DNA of 64,000 nt from a virus. The stretch lies in the IMG/VR virus record IMGVR_UViG_3300022902_000007. The stretch is one strand, 5' to 3'. Position 1 is the stretch's first letter. Every line of letters starts with the position of its first letter. The notes beneath the pieces are model-generated. The model did no database searches. It was not told the origin of the DNA and was given only the letters and a program-made list of their open reading frames with translations. Positions 9,283-18,937 of the stretch are shown here, one piece after another. The translations under genes were made by a program, and so were the position numbers.

Positions 9283-11364
9283 ATGTCCTATTTCTCGTTA
9301 GAGCTCATTGCCCATGGTGTTCCTCATGTTCACTATCTGCCCCTGTCTGCGCATGCCCACAAGTACACTGAAAGATTCATCTATACAGACAGAGTAGACA
9401 ATAGCTCTGTTCCTCTTGTGTATTTCGAGAGCGAAGAGCTGGACAGTCATAGGAATCTACAGGTCGTTGATTATTCGTGGTCCGTTCCAGAGAACGATGT
9501 TGAGTTCTCTGGCGGCAAGGACAACTGGGTAAAGACTGAGAGTGTAAGCTACAGCTGTGCGTATAAAGACATAGCTGCTACAGACGTAGTGATTACAGAT
9601 GTCCACGGCAAAGAGAGACCGCTATTCTTTGTACACGAGCTTCCGGATGACACTGTTGAGGCTTCGATCTTCGTGTCGGAAAACGGAAAGATCGTTGACA
9701 GGGAGTCAGGCTATTACATAAATCTTGACATGGGAATCATCTATACGAACTATCGGAACAGCTACAGCCCAGTAACTGGAGCATACAAGTTACACTATGT
9801 AGTCTCTGTGGACTCTTCTGGAGAATCCACTACGAAGCTTCTCAATCCTCGACCTGCTGCAAAGCTGGCTACTTGGGAAGATGTGGGCTCCGATGGAAAA
9901 CTGACATCTGCCTATCCTGTTTTTTCAAGAGAGAGCTCTGGTTCCGGCTACACTTTCTATTTCAATTCTACCGGCCCTTGGTATATCCGTAAGATATCCA
10001 CTTCTATTATAAAGCCGTTCTTGCCAACTGGTAGAACTTCAGAAGACTCTTGGTATCTGAGGTTCTCTGCTGGTGAGTGCAACGCTCTTGTAAATAGCAG
10101 GATCAGAAACTATCGACTTCCTGAGTTTGATGCACAACCGTTCTTTCCATACAAACCATATGTTTTTTCTTCATATCGCCGTTTGAGTTGGGTAAACTCA
10201 AGAACTTTGTATGCAAATCGTGACAAAATTTCTGTGAATCCCAATTCTTCCATGCATTTCCAATTGTTTGTCTATGATGAAGACGAAAACCTGACACGAG
10301 TATGGAGCACTGACTCCAGCAAAGATGGAAGCAGATACTCAGATACTGATATTTTCATTGAGGCGGACAAGGTCCTGGCTTGGGACAATCAGAATGGTTT
10401 CGTGAGTTTCTCTGCTGACTTGGACTCTGCATGGAGCTACAAGGCTTCGATGTATCTTGAGATGAATGATATTGAGTGCACCCATCAATCATTGAACCCA
10501 TTGCACAACTCTAATGCTTTGGATTACATGTGGGTATATTACATTGTCCCAGACGTTCATGATAACGATCGTGCGCTGCATCTGATTAGTGTTGATCGAG
10601 ATGGCAAGATTGCGTATTGTTCGCAATCAGCTGGGACCAACGTACCAAATCTGCAGATGTTCGAGGCAGACGGCTCTGTTAACAGTGATACTGTTATTGG
10701 AATGGACTATATTTCTTCTGATAGCTCTGTAGTGACTTTTACTACTGAGTATTGCTCGGGTCAGGCTAATGATGTTGCTTATTTCGTGGTAGCAGAGGCT
10801 CTCTGCTTGGACAGAAGTCTGGAAGGTGACGTCTTTGTGGCTGACGTAAGAAGAAAGCCTGGGATAGATCCTTCTGAATTCGATTCTGCTATTTTGGCGA
10901 ATTCAAGACTGCTGCAATCCGAGTATGGCTTTGGTGATCAGGGTCAGCAGGTTCCACTCAGCAGTGTCATGGTTGTAAGACCTCCTCTCTCTCTCCTTGA
11001 AGACTATGGCGGTGAGCTCACCCAGCTACAAGCCGAAGCCTTGATGCGGACATACACTCCAGCTGCTGTCGCTACAATTTTCAAATGGGACTGGCCCAAG
11101 GCTGCTTTGTCTGGTGAGCCTCTATCGACATACAACAAGCTCATAGCTGATTGGCAGGGGATCTACACTTATAAAATGTATAGAAGAACGAATCCAGTAG
11201 GAGACTGGTCTCTGATTTATTCAGTTGACAGTGTTTCTCAGGCTGACATCGAGTATCATGACACTGACATAGACTCTGAAGAGATCTATTATTATTGTGT
11301 AAGGGTAGAAGACAATGGCGTCGAGTATCCACGTTCCAATGAACTCTCCATGAAAGCGAGGTAG
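9283..11364 (+). CDS. virion structural protein with C-terminal FN3-like domain
   Basis: C-terminal YKMYRR...W......Y.DTD......YYYCVRV......S pattern of fibronectin type III. Confidence 0.6.
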   Translation: MSYFSLELIAHGVPHVHYLPLSAHAHKYTERFIYTDRVDNSSVPLVYFESEELDSHRNLQVVDYSWSVPENDVEFSGGKDNWVKTESVSYSCAYKDIAATDVVITDVHGKERPLFFVHELPDDTVEASIFVSENGKIVDRESGYYINLDMGIIYTNYRNSYSPVTGAYKLHYVVSVDSSGESTTKLLNPRPAAKLATWEDVGSDGKLTSAYPVFSRESSGSGYTFYFNSTGPWYIRKISTSIIKPFLPTGRTSEDSWYLRFSAGECNALVNSRIRNYRLPEFDAQPFFPYKPYVFSSYRRLSWVNSRTLYANRDKISVNPNSSMHFQLFVYDEDENLTRVWSTDSSKDGSRYSDTDIFIEADKVLAWDNQNGFVSFSADLDSAWSYKASMYLEMNDIECTHQSLNPLHNSNALDYMWVYYIVPDVHDNDRALHLISVDRDGKIAYCSQSAGTNVPNLQMFEADGSVNSDTVIGMDYISSDSSVVTFTTEYCSGQANDVAYFVVAEALCLDRSLEGDVFVADVRRKPGIDPSEFDSAILANSRLLQSEYGFGDQGQQVPLSSVMVVRPPLSLLEDYGGELTQLQAEALMRTYTPAAVATIFKWDWPKAALSGEPLSTYNKLIADWQGIYTYKMYRRTNPVGDWSLIYSVDSVSQADIEYHDTDIDSEEIYYYCVRVEDNGVEYPRSNELSMKAR

Positions 11365-11366
11365 CC

Positions 11367-11828
11367 ATGGACCTACAATTTGCCGATGGCCTGACTGCCG
11401 AAGTCATTTACGATCCCAAGACAATTCATGGTGGGGCCACATCTACTGGTCCAATAGTAATTACTGTGAGTAATCTCTCTACTTCCGATCATGATAATCT
11501 GGGCTTCTATGTTCGACAAGCCTCCAGTGTAGGTGATGTTGACAATCCAGCTACGTACCCTCCAGCTACTGATTATCAGGACTTGCTCACTTGGGGAACA
11601 GAAACCTATCGAGGAGCCCAGCCAAGAGGAGGGCTGATTGTCTCTTTTACTGACGCCGATGGAAATGCTGTGAGCCAGTACATTCGACGAGGCGTCGGTG
11701 CCTCTTATCTCACACGGATCTCCTATGGGACTCTGGCTTCAGGCAGCTCCTTCCAGGTTTCCTTTGAATTGGAAGTGCCTCCAGCTGTAACGGTGAGAAG
11801 GCTCTTCGTAGATGTGGTGGCTGAATAA
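11367..11828 (+). CDS. hypothetical virion protein
   Basis: 153 aa, beta-rich, in the structural operon. Confidence 0.5.
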   Translation: MDLQFADGLTAEVIYDPKTIHGGATSTGPIVITVSNLSTSDHDNLGFYVRQASSVGDVDNPATYPPATDYQDLLTWGTETYRGAQPRGGLIVSFTDADGNAVSQYIRRGVGASYLTRISYGTLASGSSFQVSFELEVPPAVTVRRLFVDVVAE

Positions 11829-14023
11829 TGCCTGTCTTCAAAGACCACGTTAGCTTTGGAGACGAGCTGCTCAAAGCAGCTCGAAGAAGGGTTGCAGACA
11901 TTGGCTCTCACGATCTCTCTGACTTTGAGATAGACGAGCTTGCCGCCAGGTACCTCCAGACTCACCCTTCTTCTTTGAACGCAAAGCCGATAGCTGCTGC
12001 TGCTCCCTTGGGCTCTCTCGAATGGACTGAACTTTATCGTGACACTAAATTCTCTGTTGAATCGGTTAACAGGAAGCTGGGAGTCATGGAGGGGAAGGTG
12101 GCTGCGCTCAGTCGTAACATGATGGGCTCCTTGTTAGAGATGCAGAGAGAAACTGACTCTCTTCTCTCGGAGGTTTCGGAGCAGAGTATTCGCATCAATG
12201 GCAACTATGACCTGGTGCACCTGAATTCAGCTGTCAGAGGGATGGATATGCCCCTCCCTCAGAATGATGATTCCTGGAACAAAGACTTCAAGACTGAATA
12301 CGAGTTGCCGGCAGAAAGTGGAATGGCGGTCATGCCAAGTAATGGCTTCACCCTTCCAATTAGAGAATCAGTCAGTGTTCCAATCGTGGATGCTGTGGTG
12401 ATTGATGAGAAGACTGATGTGGGTGAAAGTGTTCAGCCGCTGGTGTCGAACTCTCCAAAAAACGTATTTCTTCCTAACAGAGTCTTTCGTCATGTGATCG
12501 CGAGAGCCAGTCATGATGACTCTGCGAGATTGTACAAGGAGAAGACGTCTCAGGATGAGTATCCATACAGCTGTACTGCGTCTTGCACTGTTCAGATAGA
12601 GCTGCCAGGATCGATCGCCGTCAACCGTGTTGACATCGTTCCGGCCGGGGCCTCGGCTCTCTCTGTCTCCAAGATCGAATATGTGAACCAGGCTGGCGAA
12701 GAGGTTGAGCTCACTACTTCTGTTCTTTCTTCTGACACCGGACTTGTTGTTTTGTTCAGTCCTATCTTCGCTAAATATTTGAGTGTTACATTTGAGCAAT
12801 ATGCTCCAGTTACGAGAGAGCCTGTTGACATCGAGGATCCGAGAGAGTCTTTCATGGTCTCCTTCTTGGAAGGCGCCGGCTTTAGTACGAGGCTTGCGTC
12901 TTCCAGTCAGAATGTTTCTGGGCGAGTCTATGATTTCTCGATAGAGAGTATCTCTGTTTCTTTTGTCAAGTATCGAAACTTTGGAGCGTTTAGATCCCAC
13001 GCTCTCTCTGTGAACTCTCCTCTTGGTTTGGATCTCTCTGTAGATGTCGAGGCTATCTTACCTCCTTCTGAAAGAGACGCTTACGGCAATGTCGTGACCC
13101 TTCCAGAGGGACGAGTACTGTACGAGAGCTATATCGGGGCAGAACTCAAAGCGAGTGATGGCAGAGACAGACTGAATACTCTGATACCCGTGCCTGATAC
13201 ATATCCTTGGCAGGTTGAATTCTTGGCCCCCATAGGGGCCGAAGCCAAGGTCAAGCTATTCCCTGATCTGAGATGGGAGATTGACAAGTCCTTCTTGAAC
13301 TACGCTGCTGACCGTTTTGGCAGCTGGGTGATCTTCAACACGAAGGAAGCGCACGGGCTCTCAGTGGGAGACACGATTCAGATTGTAGCACCTCTCGACT
13401 CTGGCGTCTCTGGGAGTTACGAGGTTGCACAGGTTCTTGCTGACGACTCTTTCACAGTGTTGATAACAGCTTTTGATTCACCGCCAACATACTATGTCTT
13501 TGATGACAGTCAGGCTTACTTTTTTACTGAAGTTCCTGATGATCCAATTGAAGTGTATGATGGAACGAGTCTTTTGATCTTCGGCAGTGACTATGAGATA
13601 AGTCTGGATGCCGGTACCACATGGCACTCTGTCTGGCCAGTCAGCGGCTCTTATGAATATTTGTATAGGAGTGCTCTTGCAGGGAACTTCCGTATCAAGT
13701 TTGCAGACAAGAATCCTGCCTCTCTATACTGGATAAAATACCGAGTACTCCCCAACCAAAAATTAATACCTGATGGAAAGTGTTTCTTGAAGAATGGCCA
13801 TGTCATGTTTGCTCCATGGACTGAAGCTGTCCAGGGTACCTTCAGTACCGTGATTCTGTTCAGGACGAATACGTTGCACCCTTATGTGACTTCAATTCTC
13901 AGAGAGTATTCTTTGAGAGTTCAGGAGTACAAAGCCAACAAGAGGTTTTTCTCCTTACCTATGAAGAGAAGACTCATTGCTCGGAAAACGAGAAGGGGGC
14001 TGAATGTCACTCAACGCCATTAG
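11828..14023 (+). CDS. large virion structural protein (paralogue 1)
   Basis: Helical N-terminus followed by beta-sandwich domains; contains the T.EAHGLSVGDTIQI....SGSYEV..V..DDSFTV module seen in phage tail proteins. Confidence 0.6.
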   Translation: MPVFKDHVSFGDELLKAARRRVADIGSHDLSDFEIDELAARYLQTHPSSLNAKPIAAAAPLGSLEWTELYRDTKFSVESVNRKLGVMEGKVAALSRNMMGSLLEMQRETDSLLSEVSEQSIRINGNYDLVHLNSAVRGMDMPLPQNDDSWNKDFKTEYELPAESGMAVMPSNGFTLPIRESVSVPIVDAVVIDEKTDVGESVQPLVSNSPKNVFLPNRVFRHVIARASHDDSARLYKEKTSQDEYPYSCTASCTVQIELPGSIAVNRVDIVPAGASALSVSKIEYVNQAGEEVELTTSVLSSDTGLVVLFSPIFAKYLSVTFEQYAPVTREPVDIEDPRESFMVSFLEGAGFSTRLASSSQNVSGRVYDFSIESISVSFVKYRNFGAFRSHALSVNSPLGLDLSVDVEAILPPSERDAYGNVVTLPEGRVLYESYIGAELKASDGRDRLNTLIPVPDTYPWQVEFLAPIGAEAKVKLFPDLRWEIDKSFLNYAADRFGSWVIFNTKEAHGLSVGDTIQIVAPLDSGVSGSYEVAQVLADDSFTVLITAFDSPPTYYVFDDSQAYFFTEVPDDPIEVYDGTSLLIFGSDYEISLDAGTTWHSVWPVSGSYEYLYRSALAGNFRIKFADKNPASLYWIKYRVLPNQKLIPDGKCFLKNGHVMFAPWTEAVQGTFSTVILFRTNTLHPYVTSILREYSLRVQEYKANKRFFSLPMKRRLIARKTRRGLNVTQRH

Positions 14024-16946
14024 GGACAAGAAGTATCAGATTCAGATTGAGGCAGCCAAGAAAGTCTTGGCCTTGTATGGTACTGGTCTTGGTACGCTCA
14101 GGCAGACCTTGCTCAATACGAGAAGTGAAGAAGAGAAAGCCGTAGTCGAAGCAGAGATCATCGATACACTCGAAAAGCTTTTCGCTCAGACCTTCTCTCT
14201 CTCTGGTATTGAGGGGCAAGAGCTGTCTTATACGGATGTCCAGGCCTTTACGAATGGGTTGGCGATTCTTGATACTTACCGGTCGGAATGTCTGAATGCT
14301 CTCGGTCGGCTGTATGTCGATTACTACAATGCTCATCAAATGGCAATGATGGATCTGTCTGGAAAGCATAAACGCATACGGCAGAAAAAGGCAGTCCTCG
14401 ATCTCTGGACCGACACTGAGGACAAGTGGGCTATCGCTGAGAAGTTTCTCAATGGAGACGTAATAGACTCTTCATTGATTTCACAACCCATGTGCTCTGT
14501 CGATACCAATCAGGGTTATTTGACTCTGCCCGTGAGTTCAACAAGATCTCTTGGAATAGGAAGCCTCTCCATATCTGCTGGAAGCAATGGGCAACCAGGC
14601 AATTCCGATCAGGCCGTTGACTTCTCCATCAATGACATCACAAATGTAATTGCAGACAATGAGCTGTGGTTCGAATATGAGAAGCTGGACAATGGTCCGG
14701 TTGATCTCGTACTTAATTTCCAGTTGTCGAAAGAAGACATCGTCAACAATATCGAGATCGTACCAGCCGACGTTTCACTGCCCCCCTTCCAGGTTGTGGA
14801 TATCAGCCTGGTGAGTTCTTCCAGCAATTTCAGTATCAGGGATTTCCTCCCCTCCAGCTTGAGTCAAGACTTTTTCTCTGTTCGTGGGAAATCTGCTGCT
14901 CCTGTTTGGTCAATCACAATCCCGCCTGTGCCAGCTCGTAACATCATTGTTCGTCTGCGTCAAACGGCGTCGGTGATTGTCAAAACTTGGTCCAGGGACT
15001 TGGTCGAAGTAGAGAGGAATAGATTCGGTCTTGCGCTGGAACAAATAAGATTTAATTGTAAATCATATGGCAGCAAGGGAGCCATCAACAGCAAGAATCT
15101 CAAACTTCCTGGTGATCTTTATGTGTGCACAGGAAGCGTGACAGTCTCTCCTCCACAAGAGAGTTTCCACTCAATTGGTCTTGATGTCACGACTGATGAC
15201 GGGCAGGCATGGTCTTCTGATCTCCTCACCGGAGACGGATGGCTCATGGAGGGGACTGAGGAGAAGCTAAATTGGCGTCTGAACGTAGAGCTAAAGAATG
15301 ATTACAACTTGGCGACATTAAAGAATGACTCATCTCTCTTCGAGGTTGAGAGTCTCACGAAGCTCATCTCCGGAACAGTTTCTCCTCAGGTCTGTGTTAT
15401 TAGTTCTGATGCAGATGGAGACGAGGTTTTTTGTCAGCGCAAGGTTCTCAGGAGAACCGATAATCCTCACAAGGTTTTTTCCTTGGGTAAAGGCAAGGGG
15501 ATCGAGACCCTGTTCCCCCTCCCCTTCGACATAGATGAATTTGGTGTCACTCCTGATGAGTGCAAGGTTTATGTGAACAAAAGAGAGTGGACGGAAGTTT
15601 CGGATTCTTCCCTGCTTGCCTCTGGTACTTTCATGTTCTCAGAGGATCACAACAGTCTCGTATTCGGGGCGGCTTTGCCAGACAAAGCTTCTGTTGGGAT
15701 TGCGCTCTCTGAAGAGAAGTGCTTATTTACAGAGAAGTCAGATGGTTTCTATGTGGCTCCAAAGCTTGGTTTCAATCCCCAAAGATGCGTATTCACTCAC
15801 ATCCCTTCGGCTTTCAGTCGAAAGGTCAATGTTCTCCCCAGAGGAAAGACACGTATTGTCCTCGGGCCGACAGGAATAGACTCCACGAGTTTCGTTCTTT
15901 CGTCTGTTGGAGGAGCGAGCTATACGGCGAAGAGCGATCGTAGCTCTCTTGCTGTTGCTGGAGATTACTACATAGACACAGTGAATGGTATTCTCTATTT
16001 ATATGAATCAATAGATGATGACATTGTTCGTTGTCAATACCGGTACCAGTCCAGAAGCCTTTTGGGAGCCAGTGAATACGATGTTGTATATGAAGATTTG
16101 AGGCCAACATGGCTTCGTTTGCCGAAGTCGTTAGTAGCTACTCATCAGATCACTGATATTGTTGGTGGGAGTCTCTATGGACGGATCGATATCCTGACGG
16201 GAAGTTATGGTTCAAGAAGTAATCTGTTCCCGTCTTCTACTACGGCAATGACTCTCTCTCATGACTACGTGGTGAAGGGATCTGTTGTTGTTGGCCCCGG
16301 CCTCATGGGCTATTCTGGTGATGAGCTCACACCTGTAGAGGTCGATTATGTTGATGGCTACAGTGAATTTCTTGGTCTGATTCCCATAGAAAAGGAGATC
16401 ACCACTGCTATCTCTGCTGATGGGACTGGACGATCCAGTTTTACTTTGGCTGCTGGAGCTTTGTGGTATTCCACTCTCGGGGTCTCTTTCTCTGACACTT
16501 CTGTCTTTGCCACAGAGAAGTCCTCTCTTTCAGGGGTCACAGCTGCTGGCGATTACCATGTGGACTCAGGTACCGGAGGGATTACGCTGTACGGAGACAT
16601 TCCCCAGGGCATCGAACTGTCTTATTTCTATCGTGATGTGGAGTGGGATTCTTCGAATCGGTACTCTGTTGACTATGTCAATGGAACTCTCTACACTTCT
16701 CAGGCCATGGTCAATGATGCTACGGTCCAATACAAGGCCACGAGCTATAAGCTTGCCTATGATGTTTGTGAAGACTTACCAGCAGAGTACTCTGCTGGTA
16801 CACGCTCAGTAAAGATCGATACGTCTGATTTCGAAGGGATGTCTTTCGTCTCCATCTTCTGGAAAAAGGGAGAGGCTATTTCTGAATTTGACTTCTCCAG
16901 GTGCTACTCTCCAGTGATTTATTCACTTGGTCTAAGGTTTGAATAA
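14004..16946 (+). CDS. large virion structural protein (paralogue 2)
   Basis: 980 aa; several GDY.(I/V)D..NG.(L/I) repeats. Confidence 0.6.
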   Translation: MSLNAIRDKKYQIQIEAAKKVLALYGTGLGTLRQTLLNTRSEEEKAVVEAEIIDTLEKLFAQTFSLSGIEGQELSYTDVQAFTNGLAILDTYRSECLNALGRLYVDYYNAHQMAMMDLSGKHKRIRQKKAVLDLWTDTEDKWAIAEKFLNGDVIDSSLISQPMCSVDTNQGYLTLPVSSTRSLGIGSLSISAGSNGQPGNSDQAVDFSINDITNVIADNELWFEYEKLDNGPVDLVLNFQLSKEDIVNNIEIVPADVSLPPFQVVDISLVSSSSNFSIRDFLPSSLSQDFFSVRGKSAAPVWSITIPPVPARNIIVRLRQTASVIVKTWSRDLVEVERNRFGLALEQIRFNCKSYGSKGAINSKNLKLPGDLYVCTGSVTVSPPQESFHSIGLDVTTDDGQAWSSDLLTGDGWLMEGTEEKLNWRLNVELKNDYNLATLKNDSSLFEVESLTKLISGTVSPQVCVISSDADGDEVFCQRKVLRRTDNPHKVFSLGKGKGIETLFPLPFDIDEFGVTPDECKVYVNKREWTEVSDSSLLASGTFMFSEDHNSLVFGAALPDKASVGIALSEEKCLFTEKSDGFYVAPKLGFNPQRCVFTHIPSAFSRKVNVLPRGKTRIVLGPTGIDSTSFVLSSVGGASYTAKSDRSSLAVAGDYYIDTVNGILYLYESIDDDIVRCQYRYQSRSLLGASEYDVVYEDLRPTWLRLPKSLVATHQITDIVGGSLYGRIDILTGSYGSRSNLFPSSTTAMTLSHDYVVKGSVVVGPGLMGYSGDELTPVEVDYVDGYSEFLGLIPIEKEITTAISADGTGRSSFTLAAGALWYSTLGVSFSDTSVFATEKSSLSGVTAAGDYHVDSGTGGITLYGDIPQGIELSYFYRDVEWDSSNRYSVDYVNGTLYTSQAMVNDATVQYKATSYKLAYDVCEDLPAEYSAGTRSVKIDTSDFEGMSFVSIFWKKGEAISEFDFSRCYSPVIYSLGLRFE

Positions 16947-18937
16947 TGAACAAGTTCTATTCTGAAGCCCTAAAGAGAAGAGTCGTTACGGAGTATATCT
17001 CCGAGAACGGTCGTAGCCCATCTAAAGAAAAACTCTTCGAGTTGTTGAGAGACGAAGAGGCTCGGCGAGCCGAGCTTGATATCGTCGGTTTTTCTTCACT
17101 TGATTTAGACAAGCCATCATTCGGAGGAACGAGCTCTCTTGCCAGTGAGCAGATGAATAGGAGTAGCATCTCCGATGATTTCACCGTGAGTCAGAAAAGG
17201 ATTGACAGTGCTGCTACATTGCTGGAAGAGTCGTTCCGTGGTGCAAAGGCTACGGCTATAAGAATCAACAAGTCTTTTGCGTCCATTGAGAGGGTATTGA
17301 ACAATCTGCTATTGCTCAAAGGGCGAGCAGATGTTTTTACTCATGGAGTAGAAGAAGGCTTCGAAGGACAAGAACTGGTAGATCAGGAGCAGACGACTGC
17401 TACTGTAGAGCCGGGATCCGTGACTCTGCGGAGAGCTGGTGAGACCCGAGTCTCTCTCGAAACAGCCAAGCTGTCTTTCAGTGCTATCTCAAAAGCAGGA
17501 GTCATATCTGCCCGAGCAAATACTCCGATATCCTCTCTGAAGTCTCCGGATGGAAGCTTCTGGGAATACAGGGTTGTCACTGCTGCAGCAACTGGCAGGA
17601 CCTCCTGTATTATTGACGTAGTTTTTGACGAGCCACAATATGTCTCTGAAGTGAAGATCACCGGCCTTGCTCTCGATGCCGGCTCCAAAGTTTCTCTCAA
17701 TGTATTTTACAGTACTGATGGGACCGCTTATTCTACTGGCCAAAGTCAAGAGCTGGCCATGAACAGTGGAGAGAACAGAGTTGGAATCGGGATTGACGAA
17801 GTAAAGAAATTGCGCATCCTGGTATCAAAGACTCACTCGGATTACGAGGACGCAGGGTCGCATGTGTATCTTTTCAGTTTTGATGCACTGGAGGTCTATT
17901 CGGACCATTACACATCAGATTTGAAGTCTACTGTTTTCCTTGGCCCCTATGAAGTTCTTGATGATGATCTGTCTGTTGTCAATTTTTCCATGGCCACTTT
18001 GTCCAGTGGTACGTGCTGTACGATCCCCGATGGAACGCAGGTTGCGTTCTGGCTCTCCAAAGATGGAGAGAATTGGTATTCTGCCAGTTGTTCAGGTGAC
18101 ACGCCTTCGGTTGTCTCTTTCGACAACTTGAATCCTTCTGGGAGTGAGTCGTGGATTGATGACTCTATTTCCGAGAACTCATTGACAGACCAGAAGATCT
18201 TGGACTCTGACTTGGAGTTTGGGAAGGAAGCATTCACGAATCTGTATTTAGATTCTGATTACGCGGACAAAATCGTAAGAGACAATATCCGCGTAAAGAG
18301 AAATTTGCCAAATGGCAGTGACCTATATGGAACTGAAAGCGGATGGTTCTACGATGACAGAGGGAGTGAGTACTCTTGCCACTTCTATGTGGACTCCATG
18401 GAAGGAGTCTATATGAGTTTCGGCAATACCAGTGCCATGGTTGACGGCAGGCAGGTTACAGGCACCACGCACCTCGCGCAAGGCTATCACTCCTTCAGGA
18501 CAAGCAAGCACAACTGGCTTGGTGTCTCAGAGGACTTGACGTCTTTGGATTCGCTGAAAAAGGAAGACAAGCTGTATCCTTTCAACCATAAGCTCATGAT
18601 TGAGGGATATGGTTATCTGAACGAGTTCGCTGGAGAAAGGATATACAATGGAACTGATTCTTACTTCGGGGTCTTGTGCAAGTACGTGTCACCAGAAAGA
18701 TTCTATGCAGAGCATGACGGCGATCTGTCTGTCTATACGATTGAAGACTTCGATGGCAATCTGTTCTTCAAGGTAAAGACCGATCCCTCTGATTTGTCTT
18801 GGAAACAAGAAGATGTAGAAGTTGAATATATGCTAAGATCCAGTGATAGCAATACTCTGTACGTCAAGGCAGAATTGACTACAAGCAATACGAGAATCTC
18901 CCCAAGGGTACATTCGATCAAGGTTAGGGTTTTATAA
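16946..18937 (+). CDS. large virion structural protein (paralogue 3)
   Basis: 663 aa; same helical plus beta-sandwich layout as the two upstream genes. Confidence 0.6.
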   Translation: MNKFYSEALKRRVVTEYISENGRSPSKEKLFELLRDEEARRAELDIVGFSSLDLDKPSFGGTSSLASEQMNRSSISDDFTVSQKRIDSAATLLEESFRGAKATAIRINKSFASIERVLNNLLLLKGRADVFTHGVEEGFEGQELVDQEQTTATVEPGSVTLRRAGETRVSLETAKLSFSAISKAGVISARANTPISSLKSPDGSFWEYRVVTAAATGRTSCIIDVVFDEPQYVSEVKITGLALDAGSKVSLNVFYSTDGTAYSTGQSQELAMNSGENRVGIGIDEVKKLRILVSKTHSDYEDAGSHVYLFSFDALEVYSDHYTSDLKSTVFLGPYEVLDDDLSVVNFSMATLSSGTCCTIPDGTQVAFWLSKDGENWYSASCSGDTPSVVSFDNLNPSGSESWIDDSISENSLTDQKILDSDLEFGKEAFTNLYLDSDYADKIVRDNIRVKRNLPNGSDLYGTESGWFYDDRGSEYSCHFYVDSMEGVYMSFGNTSAMVDGRQVTGTTHLAQGYHSFRTSKHNWLGVSEDLTSLDSLKKEDKLYPFNHKLMIEGYGYLNEFAGERIYNGTDSYFGVLCKYVSPERFYAEHDGDLSVYTIEDFDGNLFFKVKTDPSDLSWKQEDVEVEYMLRSSDSNTLYVKAELTTSNTRISPRVHSIKVRVL

